Source: an uncultured Opitutales bacterium
Lineage (GTDB): Bacteria > Verrucomicrobiota > Verrucomicrobiia > Opitutales > Intestinicryptomonadaceae
Length of the DNA stretch: 32,000 bases
Reading direction: 5' to 3'
Assembly: GCA_934613415.1 (NCBI GenBank)
Contig: CAKTSY010000001.1
Span: 480,001 to 512,000, forward strand
The translations under genes were made by a program, and so were the position numbers. The notes below the pieces were generated by a model. It was given only the letters and a program-made list of their open reading frames with translations. It did no database searches and was not told where the DNA came from. This document shows, in pieces, positions 1 to 8,584 of the stretch (position 1 is its first letter; every line of letters begins with the position of its first letter).

Positions 1-693
1 GCCGAAAGCGAAATTAGAACCCAAAATTTGGAACTTTTCGAAAGCCAGCTTTCGCTTATGTTCGACAATCCCGAAAAGCTCGACAAGCGTTGGGACTGGA
101 TTTTTATTGCCCTTGCCGACACTACCAAAGAGTTTGCAATACCCGTACAGCTATACAAAGACCTTATAAGCGCGTTCAAGCAAGACGTTGTAAAAAAACG
201 CTACGACACTTTCGAAGACCTGCTAGACTACTGCAAGCGCAGCGCAAACCCCGTAGGCAGGCTCGTTCTCCTGCTACACCGCATTTGCGACGAAAAGCTC
301 TTTGAAATGTCCGACAATATATGCACGGCCTTGCAGCTTGCAAACTTTTGGCAGGATATGAGCCGCGACTGGAAGAAAAACCGCATATACGTTCCAAAAT
401 GCGACTGGCAAAACTACTCTCTTAAAGAGAGCGACTTTTTCGAAAGCAAGGCATCTTTAAATATGCAAAAGTGCGTACAATTCCAGTGCGAGCGCACCGC
501 GCAGATTTTCGACAAAGGCGAAGACCTGCCCAAATACCTGCCCTTTTTGCTCAGTCTGGAAATAAGGCTTACCTTGGCCGGCGGCAGGGGCATTCTTAAA
601 AAAATTGCCAAACAAAAATTCGACACGCTTTCAAAACGCCCCTCGTTCGGCAAATTCGACAAGGTAAAAATTCTTCTGTCATCAATTTTCTAA
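1..693 (+). CDS. hpnC: HpnC-like squalene/phytoene-synthase-family enzyme (hydroxysqualene synthase type); 5' end lies outside the window
   Basis: Frame 1 is open from nt 1; the track ORF only begins at an internal TTG (28). The translation carries head-to-head isoprenyl-diphosphate synthase signatures (DLLDYCKRSANPVGRLVL; acidic motif LANFWQDMSRDW). The stop at 691-693 is followed 3 nt later by an HpnD-like ORF. Confidence 0.7.
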   Translation, partial: AESEIRTQNLELFESQLSLMFDNPEKLDKRWDWIFIALADTTKEFAIPVQLYKDLISAFKQDVVKKRYDTFEDLLDYCKRSANPVGRLVLLLHRICDEKLFEMSDNICTALQLANFWQDMSRDWKKNRIYVPKCDWQNYSLKESDFFESKASLNMQKCVQFQCERTAQIFDKGEDLPKYLPFLLSLEIRLTLAGGRGILKKIAKQKFDTLSKRPSFGKFDKVKILLSSIF

Positions 694-696
694 CTT

Positions 697-2865
697 ATGC
701 CACAAAATATAGACAAGCTCGACGATTCTTTCGAAAGCGCGTATCAGTCGCTTCAAAGAAAAAAATCTAATTTGGCGTTTGCGTTCTTTTGCCTGGACAG
801 GCAGCGCGCGCAGGATATGGGCGTTTTATATGCCTATTGCCGAATTTTAGACGATATTTCCGACGACGAAAACGCCCCCGTAGAAGAAAAGAAGGCGGCG
901 CTTCTTAAGTGGAAAAGCGAGCTTGATTTGATATACTCGAACAAGCCCTGTTCGCGCTTTGGCGAAGAGCTTAAGGAAATGATAGCCCGCAGGCACATTC
1001 CAAAACAGTATATGAACGACGTTATAGACGGCGTTTATAGAGACACCGAACTAAAGCCCTTTAAAACTTCCGAAGAGCTGGCAAACTACTGCTACGGCGT
1101 AGCTTCGGCAGTGGGGCTTTGCTCGATATATGTTTTCGGGTTCGAAAACCAAATTACAATAGAATTTGCAAAAAGTCTGGGCTTGGCTTTGCAATATACA
1201 AACATTTTAAGGGATATTGTAGACGATTTTTACACCCAAAAGCGCGTATACATTCCCGAAAACGAGCTTGAATTTTTCGGGGTAAAGGCAAGCGACTTGG
1301 GCGACCTAAAAAGCAACCCAAAGTGCAAAGACCTCTTTAGATTTTTGGCTTTCAGGGCAAAGCACTACTTTAATAAATCGCGCCGTCTATTGTGCGAGCA
1401 AGACCGCAAAAATATGCTGCCTGCCCTTATTATGTCGGAAATATACGAGGCCATTTTAGACCGCATAATAGCCTCTAACTACGACATAAAGCGAAAGATT
1501 GTAAAGCTAAACAAGGCCCAGAAAATCTACTATGCCTTAAGGGCAATGGCAAAGGCAAAGCTGCCCTTTGCAAAAAAACGCTTCGGCACTATCGACATTT
1601 TCGGCGCGGGCATTTCGGGAATGACCGCAGCCTACAACCTGTGCGAACAGGGCTTCGACATAAGGCTTTTCGAGGCGAGAAACTATGCTGGCGGGAGAGC
1701 CTGCTCCTTCGAATGGAAGGCGGCAAACGCCCTTTTAGACAACGGCAGCCACGCGGCAATGCGCTGCTACAAAAGCTTTTTAAAGATACTTAAAAAGCTA
1801 GGCTCTTTAGACATTTTGTCCGACAAAGAAACCGCAGTTTCGTTCTTTTTCGAAGACAAGAGCACAATAACGCTAAGCCTAAAAGACCTTGTAAGAAACC
1901 CCATAAAATTTATGTTTACATTCGGCGGGCTAAACAAGGTTAAGGGCTTTCAGTGTAAGGAAAACGCGCTTTTTATGATTAAGGCGAAACTTGGGCTGGC
2001 CAAGCCAATGCCCGCCCAAAGCGCAGACGACTTTTTAAATTCGTACAACATAAACGACGTTTCGAAAGACGTTTTTTGGAAGCCCTTTTGCGAGTCGGCT
2101 TTAAACACAAGGCTTGAGGAATGCGATGCCGAAATATTTTTGACTACCCTAAAGAAAAGTCTGCTTAGCATAGGGGCAAATCTGCTTTTCTTTAAAAAAC
2201 CGATTTCGTCGGGGTTCTTCCCGAAAATCGAATTCTACATAAAGGCGTGCGGCGGCGAGTTCAATTTAGGAGAAAGCGTTTTGGCTCTCAATTTCGACGG
2301 TGACAAGCTCCTTAGCTTTTCTACCGAAAAGCGCGAAAATATCGAGACAAAATACGCCGTAAGCGCACTTAACTGCGAAGCTTTGCGCGGGCTTTTGCCC
2401 TCCAAAAGCCAGTTGGCGCAGCAGCTTTCGAAAATATCGCAGTCGGACATTCTGAACTTGCATTTTACAACAAACAAAAAGCTTTTCGAAGGCCAAAGCG
2501 CGTGCCTTGTGCGCTCGCCCATTCACTGGATATTCGATAAAAACGACGCCCTAAAACAACCTCTCGAAAACGAATTTCTGTATTCGGCAACCATAAGCAC
2601 AAGCGGCAAAAACCTAGATGCAAAAAGCGCAAAGCTTATGCTCGAAAACGAAATAAAGACCTATTTTGCCAACGCAAACGTGCTAAAGCTTTCGGTTGTA
2701 ATGTGCAAATCGGCCACGATAAAGGCCGACACAAAAAGCGAAACGGCGCGCCCCGCAGGCTGCGGCTTTTACCAAAACTTTTTTGTTGTTGGCGACTACG
2801 CAAAATGCGACTTGCCCTGCACTATGGAAAGCGCGGCATTCAACGCCCTAAGCCTAAAATTGTAG
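697..2865 (+). CDS. hpnD/hpnE: Fusion protein: HpnD-like presqualene diphosphate synthase (N-terminal ~290 aa) + HpnE-like FAD-dependent hydroxysqualene oxidoreductase (C-terminal ~425 aa)
   Basis: One uninterrupted 722-codon ORF starting at ATG. The N-half has both Asp-rich motifs of squalene/phytoene synthases (YCRILDDISDD, NILRDIVDD). A short basic linker (AKAKLPFAKKRFG) leads into a dinucleotide-binding fold (IDIFGAGISGMTAAYNL..LFEARNYAGGRA). DNGSH and a C-terminal GDY..PCTMESA segment follow, as in amine-oxidase/HpnE-type flavoenzymes. Confidence 0.75.
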   Translation: MPQNIDKLDDSFESAYQSLQRKKSNLAFAFFCLDRQRAQDMGVLYAYCRILDDISDDENAPVEEKKAALLKWKSELDLIYSNKPCSRFGEELKEMIARRHIPKQYMNDVIDGVYRDTELKPFKTSEELANYCYGVASAVGLCSIYVFGFENQITIEFAKSLGLALQYTNILRDIVDDFYTQKRVYIPENELEFFGVKASDLGDLKSNPKCKDLFRFLAFRAKHYFNKSRRLLCEQDRKNMLPALIMSEIYEAILDRIIASNYDIKRKIVKLNKAQKIYYALRAMAKAKLPFAKKRFGTIDIFGAGISGMTAAYNLCEQGFDIRLFEARNYAGGRACSFEWKAANALLDNGSHAAMRCYKSFLKILKKLGSLDILSDKETAVSFFFEDKSTITLSLKDLVRNPIKFMFTFGGLNKVKGFQCKENALFMIKAKLGLAKPMPAQSADDFLNSYNINDVSKDVFWKPFCESALNTRLEECDAEIFLTTLKKSLLSIGANLLFFKKPISSGFFPKIEFYIKACGGEFNLGESVLALNFDGDKLLSFSTEKRENIETKYAVSALNCEALRGLLPSKSQLAQQLSKISQSDILNLHFTTNKKLFEGQSACLVRSPIHWIFDKNDALKQPLENEFLYSATISTSGKNLDAKSAKLMLENEIKTYFANANVLKLSVVMCKSATIKADTKSETARPAGCGFYQNFFVVGDYAKCDLPCTMESAAFNALSLKL

Positions 2866-2875
2866 GATACAAAAA

Positions 2876-3565
2876 ATGAAAAAGATTCTGATATTTTTCC
2901 CCACAATTCAAGAGGCGCAACCCATACAAAAAATCTACGCGCCGCAGCAAAAAAAATTAAGGCTTGAAAGCTCGTTTTGCTTTGCCACAAAAAATCTCGA
3001 GTTTAAGGCATACTTAATGGGCTACGGCTGCGAACAAAGCGCGCAAAGAATTGCAAAAGAGCTTTCAGAATATAAGCCCGACGCCGCATTGCTTATAGGC
3101 TACGGCGGGGCTTGCAGCCCCCAAACAAAGTTGGGCGAGCTTTTTTATTCTACGAATTCAAAGCCGCTTGCCGACTATGCCGAAAGCTTTGGCGGCAAAA
3201 CGGCAAAAATGAAAACCTGCCCAAAATTTGCAGGGCACATTCAAAAGGAAATTTTCGGCAAACAAGGCTACGACATTGCCGAAATGGAATACGACTTTTT
3301 TGAAAGCGAATGCAAAAAGGCGAATGTAGATTTTATATGTCTTAGAATTGTAAGCGACACAATGCAAACGCACTCGCCGCTTGAATTTTTCAATTCTATG
3401 ATGGACGAAAAAACGGGAGGCAACCGCATTGGCAGAGCGTTATTTTCGCTGTTAAAAAAACCTTCGAACATATTTTTGCTGAAAAAATTTGTTTCGGAAA
3501 TTTCCGAAGCATTTAAGACATATTCAAAAATAGTTCCCGAATTTATCGAAAATTTAAAGCTGTAG
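2876..3565 (+). CDS. PNP/UDP-1 (MTA/SAH-nucleosidase-like) family protein; HpnG-like hopanoid-associated nucleosidase candidate (MqnB-type futalosine hydrolase not excluded)
   Basis: 229-aa ORF with ATG 10 nt after the previous stop. Family-like features by eye are the N-terminal KILIFFPTIQEA, the glycine-rich LIGYGGA, IAEMEY, and ICLRIVSDT (compare the R.ISD motif of Pfs-type nucleosidases). It sits directly after hpnC/D/E. Confidence 0.5.
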   Translation: MKKILIFFPTIQEAQPIQKIYAPQQKKLRLESSFCFATKNLEFKAYLMGYGCEQSAQRIAKELSEYKPDAALLIGYGGACSPQTKLGELFYSTNSKPLADYAESFGGKTAKMKTCPKFAGHIQKEIFGKQGYDIAEMEYDFFESECKKANVDFICLRIVSDTMQTHSPLEFFNSMMDEKTGGNRIGRALFSLLKKPSNIFLLKKFVSEISEAFKTYSKIVPEFIENLKL

Positions 3566-3568
3566 AAT

Positions 3569-4126
3569 ATGTCGATTATAGAAAGTATTTTTACGGGCGT
3601 TGCCCTTGCAATGGACGCCCTTGCCGTTTCGATTTGCATGGCGGTTTGCGACAAAAACATAAAAGTTGCCGACACCGTAAAAGCCGCAACTTTTTTCGGG
3701 GTATTTCAGTTTATAATGCCGTGCATAGGTTTTTATTTGGGGGCTGCCGCAATTTCGTATATAGAAAAATACGACCACTGGGTTGCCTTTATACTGCTTT
3801 TCGCCATAGGGGCAAATATGGTATACCAAGCCTACAAGGGCGACGAAACCCCGCAAAACATAAGTGCCAAAAGCCTTAAAGCCCTGTTTATTTTGGCTGT
3901 TGCAACAAGCATAGATGCATTGGCCGTTGGCGTTTCGCTTTCGTGTATGCAAGGCTCCATAATTTTGTCGGCTGCAATAATAGGGGTTGTTACTTTTGCA
4001 ATTTCGTTTTGCGGCGGAATTTTCGGGCGCAAAATAGGCTCTAAATACGACGCAAAATTTTCGGTTTTAGGCGGCGTTATTCTAATTGGCATAGGCATAA
4101 AAACGCTGTGCGAGCACACGCTTTAA
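3569..4126 (+). CDS. mntP: Manganese efflux pump MntP (DUF204 family)
   Basis: 185-aa polytopic hydrophobic protein with the duplicated DUF204 signature (AMDALAVSI near the N-terminus, SIDALAVGVS mid-protein). ATG is 3 nt after the previous stop. Confidence 0.8.
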   Translation: MSIIESIFTGVALAMDALAVSICMAVCDKNIKVADTVKAATFFGVFQFIMPCIGFYLGAAAISYIEKYDHWVAFILLFAIGANMVYQAYKGDETPQNISAKSLKALFILAVATSIDALAVGVSLSCMQGSIILSAAIIGVVTFAISFCGGIFGRKIGSKYDAKFSVLGGVILIGIGIKTLCEHTL

Positions 4127-4235
4127 GGAACAGTCTACGCAAAATTTGCTTGAAAACAAAAGGGCTAAAAGCCATCGTGTTTTCCGCAAAACATTTTCAT
4201 TACATTAACAACAAAAAGAGGAAAATTATATAATT

Positions 4236-5468
4236 ATGAAAAAACTATTGTGCGCATTTTTTGCGGCGGCGCTGTCGCTTTCGGCATTTGCCGAAAACCT
4301 GCACAGAATGAAAAGCATTCAAGAATACGGCGTTTTGCCCGAAAACACCCCGCAGCAAAACAAGGCAAATCTGCAAAAGGCAATCGACGAAGCGTCTTTA
4401 ACAGGCTCTGCCTTGTATGTTGAGCCCGTAAAGCTCGGCTACCCAGTAGAAAGCGGCATAATTTTAAGGAAAAACGTTTCGCTTATTGGCGTTCACGGGC
4501 CCGTAGGCCGCGGTACGCAAACCCCGAATATGCGCGAACCCGCAGGCTCGGTTTTTAGAATTACCGATACAAAAGCACCCTTTATAACGGTGGAAAGCGC
4601 AACGCAAATTAGGGGCATTCAGTTCTATTATCCCGACCAGCCCATAGACGCCCTCGAAAGGATAAAGGAGTATCCCGCTACAATTCAAAGAGACAAAAAG
4701 AACGATGTAGAAGGGGTAACGCTTTCGTGCCTGACATTCTACGGAGAATATACCGCAATGGACTTTACAACCGACATAAAAAGCCACTGTGAGCAAATAC
4801 TTTTCGAGCACTGCTATGGCTACCCGCTAGGCGGCGAGTTTATAAAAATAAACAGGTGCACCGACATTCCCAGATTTTTGCACTGCCACGTTAACCCCGC
4901 AAACTTGCGCCAATTTAGAGGCGGCTTTTCCAGAGCTACAATCGACAGTGTTATAGCCAAAAAGAAGTTTGCCTATTATATAGAGGGCACCGACAACGCC
5001 CAGTTGGTAGACGTATTTACATTCGGTTCGTACGGCGGCATATTTTTGGGCAAAAACACCTACGGGCAGCTCACAAACTTTAATCTCGACTGCGTATGCA
5101 TAGGCATTTTAAAAGAAGGCTCGCAAAACTTTAACAGAAATTGGATGATTGCCCAAGGCTCTATAATTGCAAACGCTGGCGACAAGGTTGAAGATGTGCA
5201 CCCCTTTTTGATTAGGGGAACGGGGCACACCGCAATTACCAATGTAGAGGCATTTTCGGGCAAAAACGGCGCGCTTACGGCAATAGGCAAGTCGTACGAC
5301 TTTATCACCATAGAGGGCGAAGGCAACCCGACCGTATCGCTTTTTGGTTGCAGAATGCGCAACTATGTTGCCGAAAACCCCATAACAATTAAAAACCGCA
5401 AGGCAAAGGTTAGAGCCGTTGCCTGTGTAGACAACAAAATGGAGTTTTTCGATTTTGAAAACGACTAA
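4236..5468 (+). CDS. Secreted right-handed beta-helix protein (pectate-lyase-3 / GH28-like superfamily), substrate unknown
   Basis: Sec signal peptide (MKKLLCAFFAAALSLSAFA-EN). The N-terminal segment YGVLPEN..NKANLQKAIDEASLTGSALYVEP..ILRKNVSLIG resembles the start of Pectate_lyase_3-type beta-helix domains. SD agagga lies upstream and a terminator downstream. Confidence 0.5.
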   Translation: MKKLLCAFFAAALSLSAFAENLHRMKSIQEYGVLPENTPQQNKANLQKAIDEASLTGSALYVEPVKLGYPVESGIILRKNVSLIGVHGPVGRGTQTPNMREPAGSVFRITDTKAPFITVESATQIRGIQFYYPDQPIDALERIKEYPATIQRDKKNDVEGVTLSCLTFYGEYTAMDFTTDIKSHCEQILFEHCYGYPLGGEFIKINRCTDIPRFLHCHVNPANLRQFRGGFSRATIDSVIAKKKFAYYIEGTDNAQLVDVFTFGSYGGIFLGKNTYGQLTNFNLDCVCIGILKEGSQNFNRNWMIAQGSIIANAGDKVEDVHPFLIRGTGHTAITNVEAFSGKNGALTAIGKSYDFITIEGEGNPTVSLFGCRMRNYVAENPITIKNRKAKVRAVACVDNKMEFFDFEND

Positions 5469-5490
5469 ATTAAAAATAGTTACCCAAAAG

Positions 5491-5524
5491 TCCCCGAACG
5501 CAAAATTCGGGGATTTTTTGTTTT
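5491..5524 (+). terminator. Rho-independent terminator after the beta-helix gene
   Basis: Stem tccccgaa (5491-5498) pairs with ttcgggga (5506-5513) around a 7-nt loop, followed by ttttttgtttt. Confidence 0.7.
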
Positions 5525-5560
5525 AGCAAAAAAATATATTAGTATTGTTTAGGAAAGTTA

Positions 5561-5589
5561 TTGACACGAAATATCGACGCATATTAGAT
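5561..5589 (+). promoter_or_regulatory. Sigma-70-like promoter candidate for the CE15-like gene
   Basis: Perfect -35 TTGACA (5561-5566), a 17-nt spacer, then TTAGAT (5584-5589). SD agagga and ATG 5615 lie downstream. Confidence 0.35.
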
Positions 5590-5614
5590 TATTCTTTCAG
5601 AGGAAAAAATATTT

Positions 5615-6907
5615 ATGAAATACACATTAAAAAGAACCACGCTTTGCGCAACCGTACTTGCAACTTTTGCAAGCTGCCTGTTTTCGGCAGAAAAATATAA
5701 CCCGTCGGCATATAAAACTTGGGGCAATGCAAATTACGACGAATCTAAAATCAAGCCCTACACACTGCCCGACATTTTCACCGCCCCCGACGGAAGGAAA
5801 ATAGAAACTCCGCTAGACTGGAAAAATATTGCACGCCCGCAAATACGCCGCATTGCCGAAACCGAGTTTTACGGCGAAGTTTTGCCGCGCCCAAAATCGC
5901 TTACGTTTTCGCTTTTAAGCGAAAGCGAAGTTTTTGCGGGCAAAGCTACAATGCGCCAAGTTTTGGCAAAAGCCGCCGACATAAACGGCGAAAAGACTTT
6001 TGAAATCCTTTTGTTTGTACCCAAAGCACAAAAACCAAAGGGTGCTTTTGTCTGCCTAAACTACAAGGGCAACCACACAACAAGCACAATAGACACAATA
6101 AATATCAGCAAAGTGTGGACAATGTCGGCAGAAAAGACAAACCGCGCCGACGAAAACCCGAGAGGCTTGGCAAAGGCGCGCTGGCCTTTCGAAGAAATCA
6201 TCTCGCGAGGATACGCAATAGCAACTACCCACTACGAAAACTTCTACCCCGACGACAGGCTTAACGACCGCCGAAAAGACAGTATCTACGCCATATTCGA
6301 CAAAAACTATTCGCCGCACGGGCAGGCAACGGTTGCCTGGGCATGGGGCTTGCAAAGGGTTTTAGACTATATAGAGTGCTGCCCAGAACTTGACAAAACG
6401 CGCGTTTTTGCGGTGGGCCATTCCAGAAACGCAAGGGCCGCCCTTTGCGCTGCAATATTCGACGAAAGATTTGCAATGTGCGCCATTAGCGGAGCAGGCA
6501 GAGTTGGCTGCACGCTTTCGCGCCGCAACATAGGCGAACCTTTATACCACATAACGCACCAATTCCCGCATTGGTTTTCGCCAAAGCTGCAAACCTACGA
6601 CCAAAAGTTCGACACAATGCCCATAGACCAACACCAAATTTTGGCATTGATGGCGCCGCGCCCGATTTGCGTATTAAGCAAAACTAAAGACCGCTGGGCA
6701 GACCCCAAAGGCGAGCTTATGAGCCTGGTTGAAGCTTCGAAAGTATACAAACTTTTTGGGGCAAAAAAGCTGCCTACTATGGAAAACTTTAAGGTAGACT
6801 CCCCCTTTATAGGTCAAGTTGGCTACCAATATCTTGAAGGCGTGCACAACATAACACCCAAAGACTGGAAGTTTTTGTGCGACTTTGCCGACGAATATTT
6901 TAAATAA
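5615..6907 (+). CDS. Carbohydrate esterase family 15-like (glucuronoyl esterase-type) alpha/beta hydrolase, exported
   Basis: N-terminal signal or lipoprotein-like peptide (..VLATFASC). The nucleophile region VGHSRNARAALCAAIFDERFAMCAISGAG parallels the G-x-S-R-x-x-K-AAL...DER-I-A...S-G block of bacterial CE15 enzymes. Confidence 0.6.
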   Translation: MKYTLKRTTLCATVLATFASCLFSAEKYNPSAYKTWGNANYDESKIKPYTLPDIFTAPDGRKIETPLDWKNIARPQIRRIAETEFYGEVLPRPKSLTFSLLSESEVFAGKATMRQVLAKAADINGEKTFEILLFVPKAQKPKGAFVCLNYKGNHTTSTIDTINISKVWTMSAEKTNRADENPRGLAKARWPFEEIISRGYAIATTHYENFYPDDRLNDRRKDSIYAIFDKNYSPHGQATVAWAWGLQRVLDYIECCPELDKTRVFAVGHSRNARAALCAAIFDERFAMCAISGAGRVGCTLSRRNIGEPLYHITHQFPHWFSPKLQTYDQKFDTMPIDQHQILALMAPRPICVLSKTKDRWADPKGELMSLVEASKVYKLFGAKKLPTMENFKVDSPFIGQVGYQYLEGVHNITPKDWKFLCDFADEYFK

Positions 6908-6942
6908 TAAACAACTAGCATACCTACTTAAAACAAAACAAA

Positions 6943-6976
6943 ATGCGCCCTAAAAAAACTGGGCGCATTTTTTGTT
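6943..6976 (+). terminator. Rho-independent terminator after the CE15-like gene
   Basis: Stem atgcgccc (6943-6950) pairs with gggcgcat (6961-6968) around a 10-nt A-rich loop, followed by tttttgtt. Confidence 0.7.
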
Positions 6977-7091
6977 GCATTGCCTTTCTAGACTCTTACA
7001 CGCTAAAAAACCCTCAGCACAAGAAGCGTAATAACTCTTAAAAAGCTACAAAGCAACAGTCAATAGCCGGCAAAAAACACATATTTAAATA

Positions 7092-7126
7092 CAAACAAAA
7101 AGCCCGCGTAAAAATTCTACGCAGGC
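7092..7126 (-). terminator. Rho-independent terminator after the DUF1080 gene (minus strand)
   Basis: On the minus strand GCCUGCGUA pairs with UACGCGGGC (9 bp with one G-U) around a 7-nt loop, followed by UUUUUGUUUG. Confidence 0.65.
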
Positions 7127-7155
7127 CTTTGTTGTAAATCTATGTAATACTTAAA

Positions 7156-8193
7156 TTACAAGGGCATTACCCAGAAGTTGCGGAAGCTTATCGGGTTTGT
7201 GTGGTCTTGCAACTGAATAGAGAACGGACCCGTGGGGTGTTCATAGCCCTTTGCCTTTGTGGGGAACAAGCTTGTTTGGTAGAACACGGGGGTTTCGTTG
7301 TGAATCTTTATGCCGTTGTGCCAAACTGTAAATGTGGGATATTTTACCAACCTGCCGTTTGCAAATTCGGCGGGGCGGAAAATGATGTCGTAGGTTTGCC
7401 ATGCACCCTGCTCTATGCTAGCATTGCATTGCGGAGCCGTTTGCCTGTAGATTGCGCCGCAGCCGTTCCACAAATTGGGCATACCAAACGAGTCTAAAAT
7501 CTGCACTTCGTAGGGGCCTACAATAACGCCCGAATTGTTCCTTGCTTGGGCGTCCTTTTCGTAGCCTTCGTTGGGAATCATAAATTCCAAGTGCATTTTA
7601 AATGCGCCGAACTTGTCTTTTGTGAAAATGCTTGTGTCTATGCGCTTGCCCTTTTCGTCTTTAAGACCGGTTTTTACTGTCATTGCCCCGTTTGCAACTT
7701 CCCAGCGGCAGGGTTTGCCGTTTCTTTCTTCAAGCTTCGAGGTATCTTTGCCGTCGAAAATTACAATGGCGCCCGCGGGAGCTTTCATTCCCATTGTTTT
7801 AGACACAAAATTAAGCCTTTTTAGGTCTATGGTAACATTGTGAACGTTTTTACCCGTGCTTTGTGTGCCGCTTGCCTTTAGTGTTGCGGGGGTAATTTCG
7901 CCTTTAATGTCTAGCCCGTTAGATTTGTTTGCAAACGACAATTTGCCGTTTTCTTCCTTTAGTCCGTCTACCAAATAGTATGTTTCGGCGTTTGCCATAA
8001 TTGCGGGTAAAAGCTTTACTCTGTATCCGTTTGCGCCCCTGAATACTTCGGCGTAAATAACAGGATCGCTACCCAAAGGATAGCCCTTTGCGCCCGAAAC
8101 CGTGCCCGTGTAAAAGCCGGCAAACTTGTCTTTTTCGGCAAAAGCCGAAAGCGTTAAAACAAAACTTATAAATAAGAATAGTAATTTCCTCAT
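7156..8193 (-). CDS. Secreted DUF1080 (3-keto-disaccharide hydrolase family, concanavalin-like fold) protein
   Basis: The C-terminal half has typical DUF1080 blocks (W.V.NGAMTV, FGAFKMHLEF, YEVQILDS, CGAIY, WQTYDIIFR, VWHNG, IQLQDH..ISFRNFWV). I place the start at ATG 8193 (MRKLLFLFISFVLTLSAFA signal peptide) rather than the track TTG at 8202. Confidence 0.7.
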   Translation of the reverse strand: MRKLLFLFISFVLTLSAFAEKDKFAGFYTGTVSGAKGYPLGSDPVIYAEVFRGANGYRVKLLPAIMANAETYYLVDGLKEENGKLSFANKSNGLDIKGEITPATLKASGTQSTGKNVHNVTIDLKRLNFVSKTMGMKAPAGAIVIFDGKDTSKLEERNGKPCRWEVANGAMTVKTGLKDEKGKRIDTSIFTKDKFGAFKMHLEFMIPNEGYEKDAQARNNSGVIVGPYEVQILDSFGMPNLWNGCGAIYRQTAPQCNASIEQGAWQTYDIIFRPAEFANGRLVKYPTFTVWHNGIKIHNETPVFYQTSLFPTKAKGYEHPTGPFSIQLQDHTNPISFRNFWVMPL

Positions 8194-8584
8194 AACAGGC
8201 AAAAAGTTAAATTTTGCCGCAAAAGTTTGTCAAGTTTTTACCGATTACGAACGCAATATCGTATACAAAAGCCCACTAAAATCAGTTAAGTTAAGCTAAG
8301 AAGTGGGACTTTCTTACAAATTTGTATTTTATTTCCAAAAAAAAGCCCTTTTTTTCAAAAAATAAGCAAGAAAACCTTGCAATATATAAAAACAAAGCTT
8401 TCTATATAATACGAATTCTAGGTAAGGTTTTAGCAAGAATTAACGAGGAATTTTTCCAGATTTTTTCGGGCAAAAGCACCTTTTATTTAAAAAGTCCAAA
8501 AAAGCGTTAAACTCGCGTAAAAACGTCTTTTACTCTTTTAAAGATTTTTAATTTATCACAACAATAACAACATAATTCTGAAAA

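Noticed and set aside
3566-3568. Looked for a yybP-ykoY manganese riboswitch upstream of mntP
   Set aside because: Only 3 nt separate mntP from the preceding stop codon, so there is no room for a riboswitch. mntP appears to be translated from the upstream operon transcript.
8322-8510. 62-aa ORF in the sucC upstream intergenic region
   Set aside because: It starts at TTG and has no SD. The Lys/Phe/Ile-rich translation simply mirrors the AT-rich DNA. It may be transcribed as a leader or sRNA, but there is no evidence that it codes.
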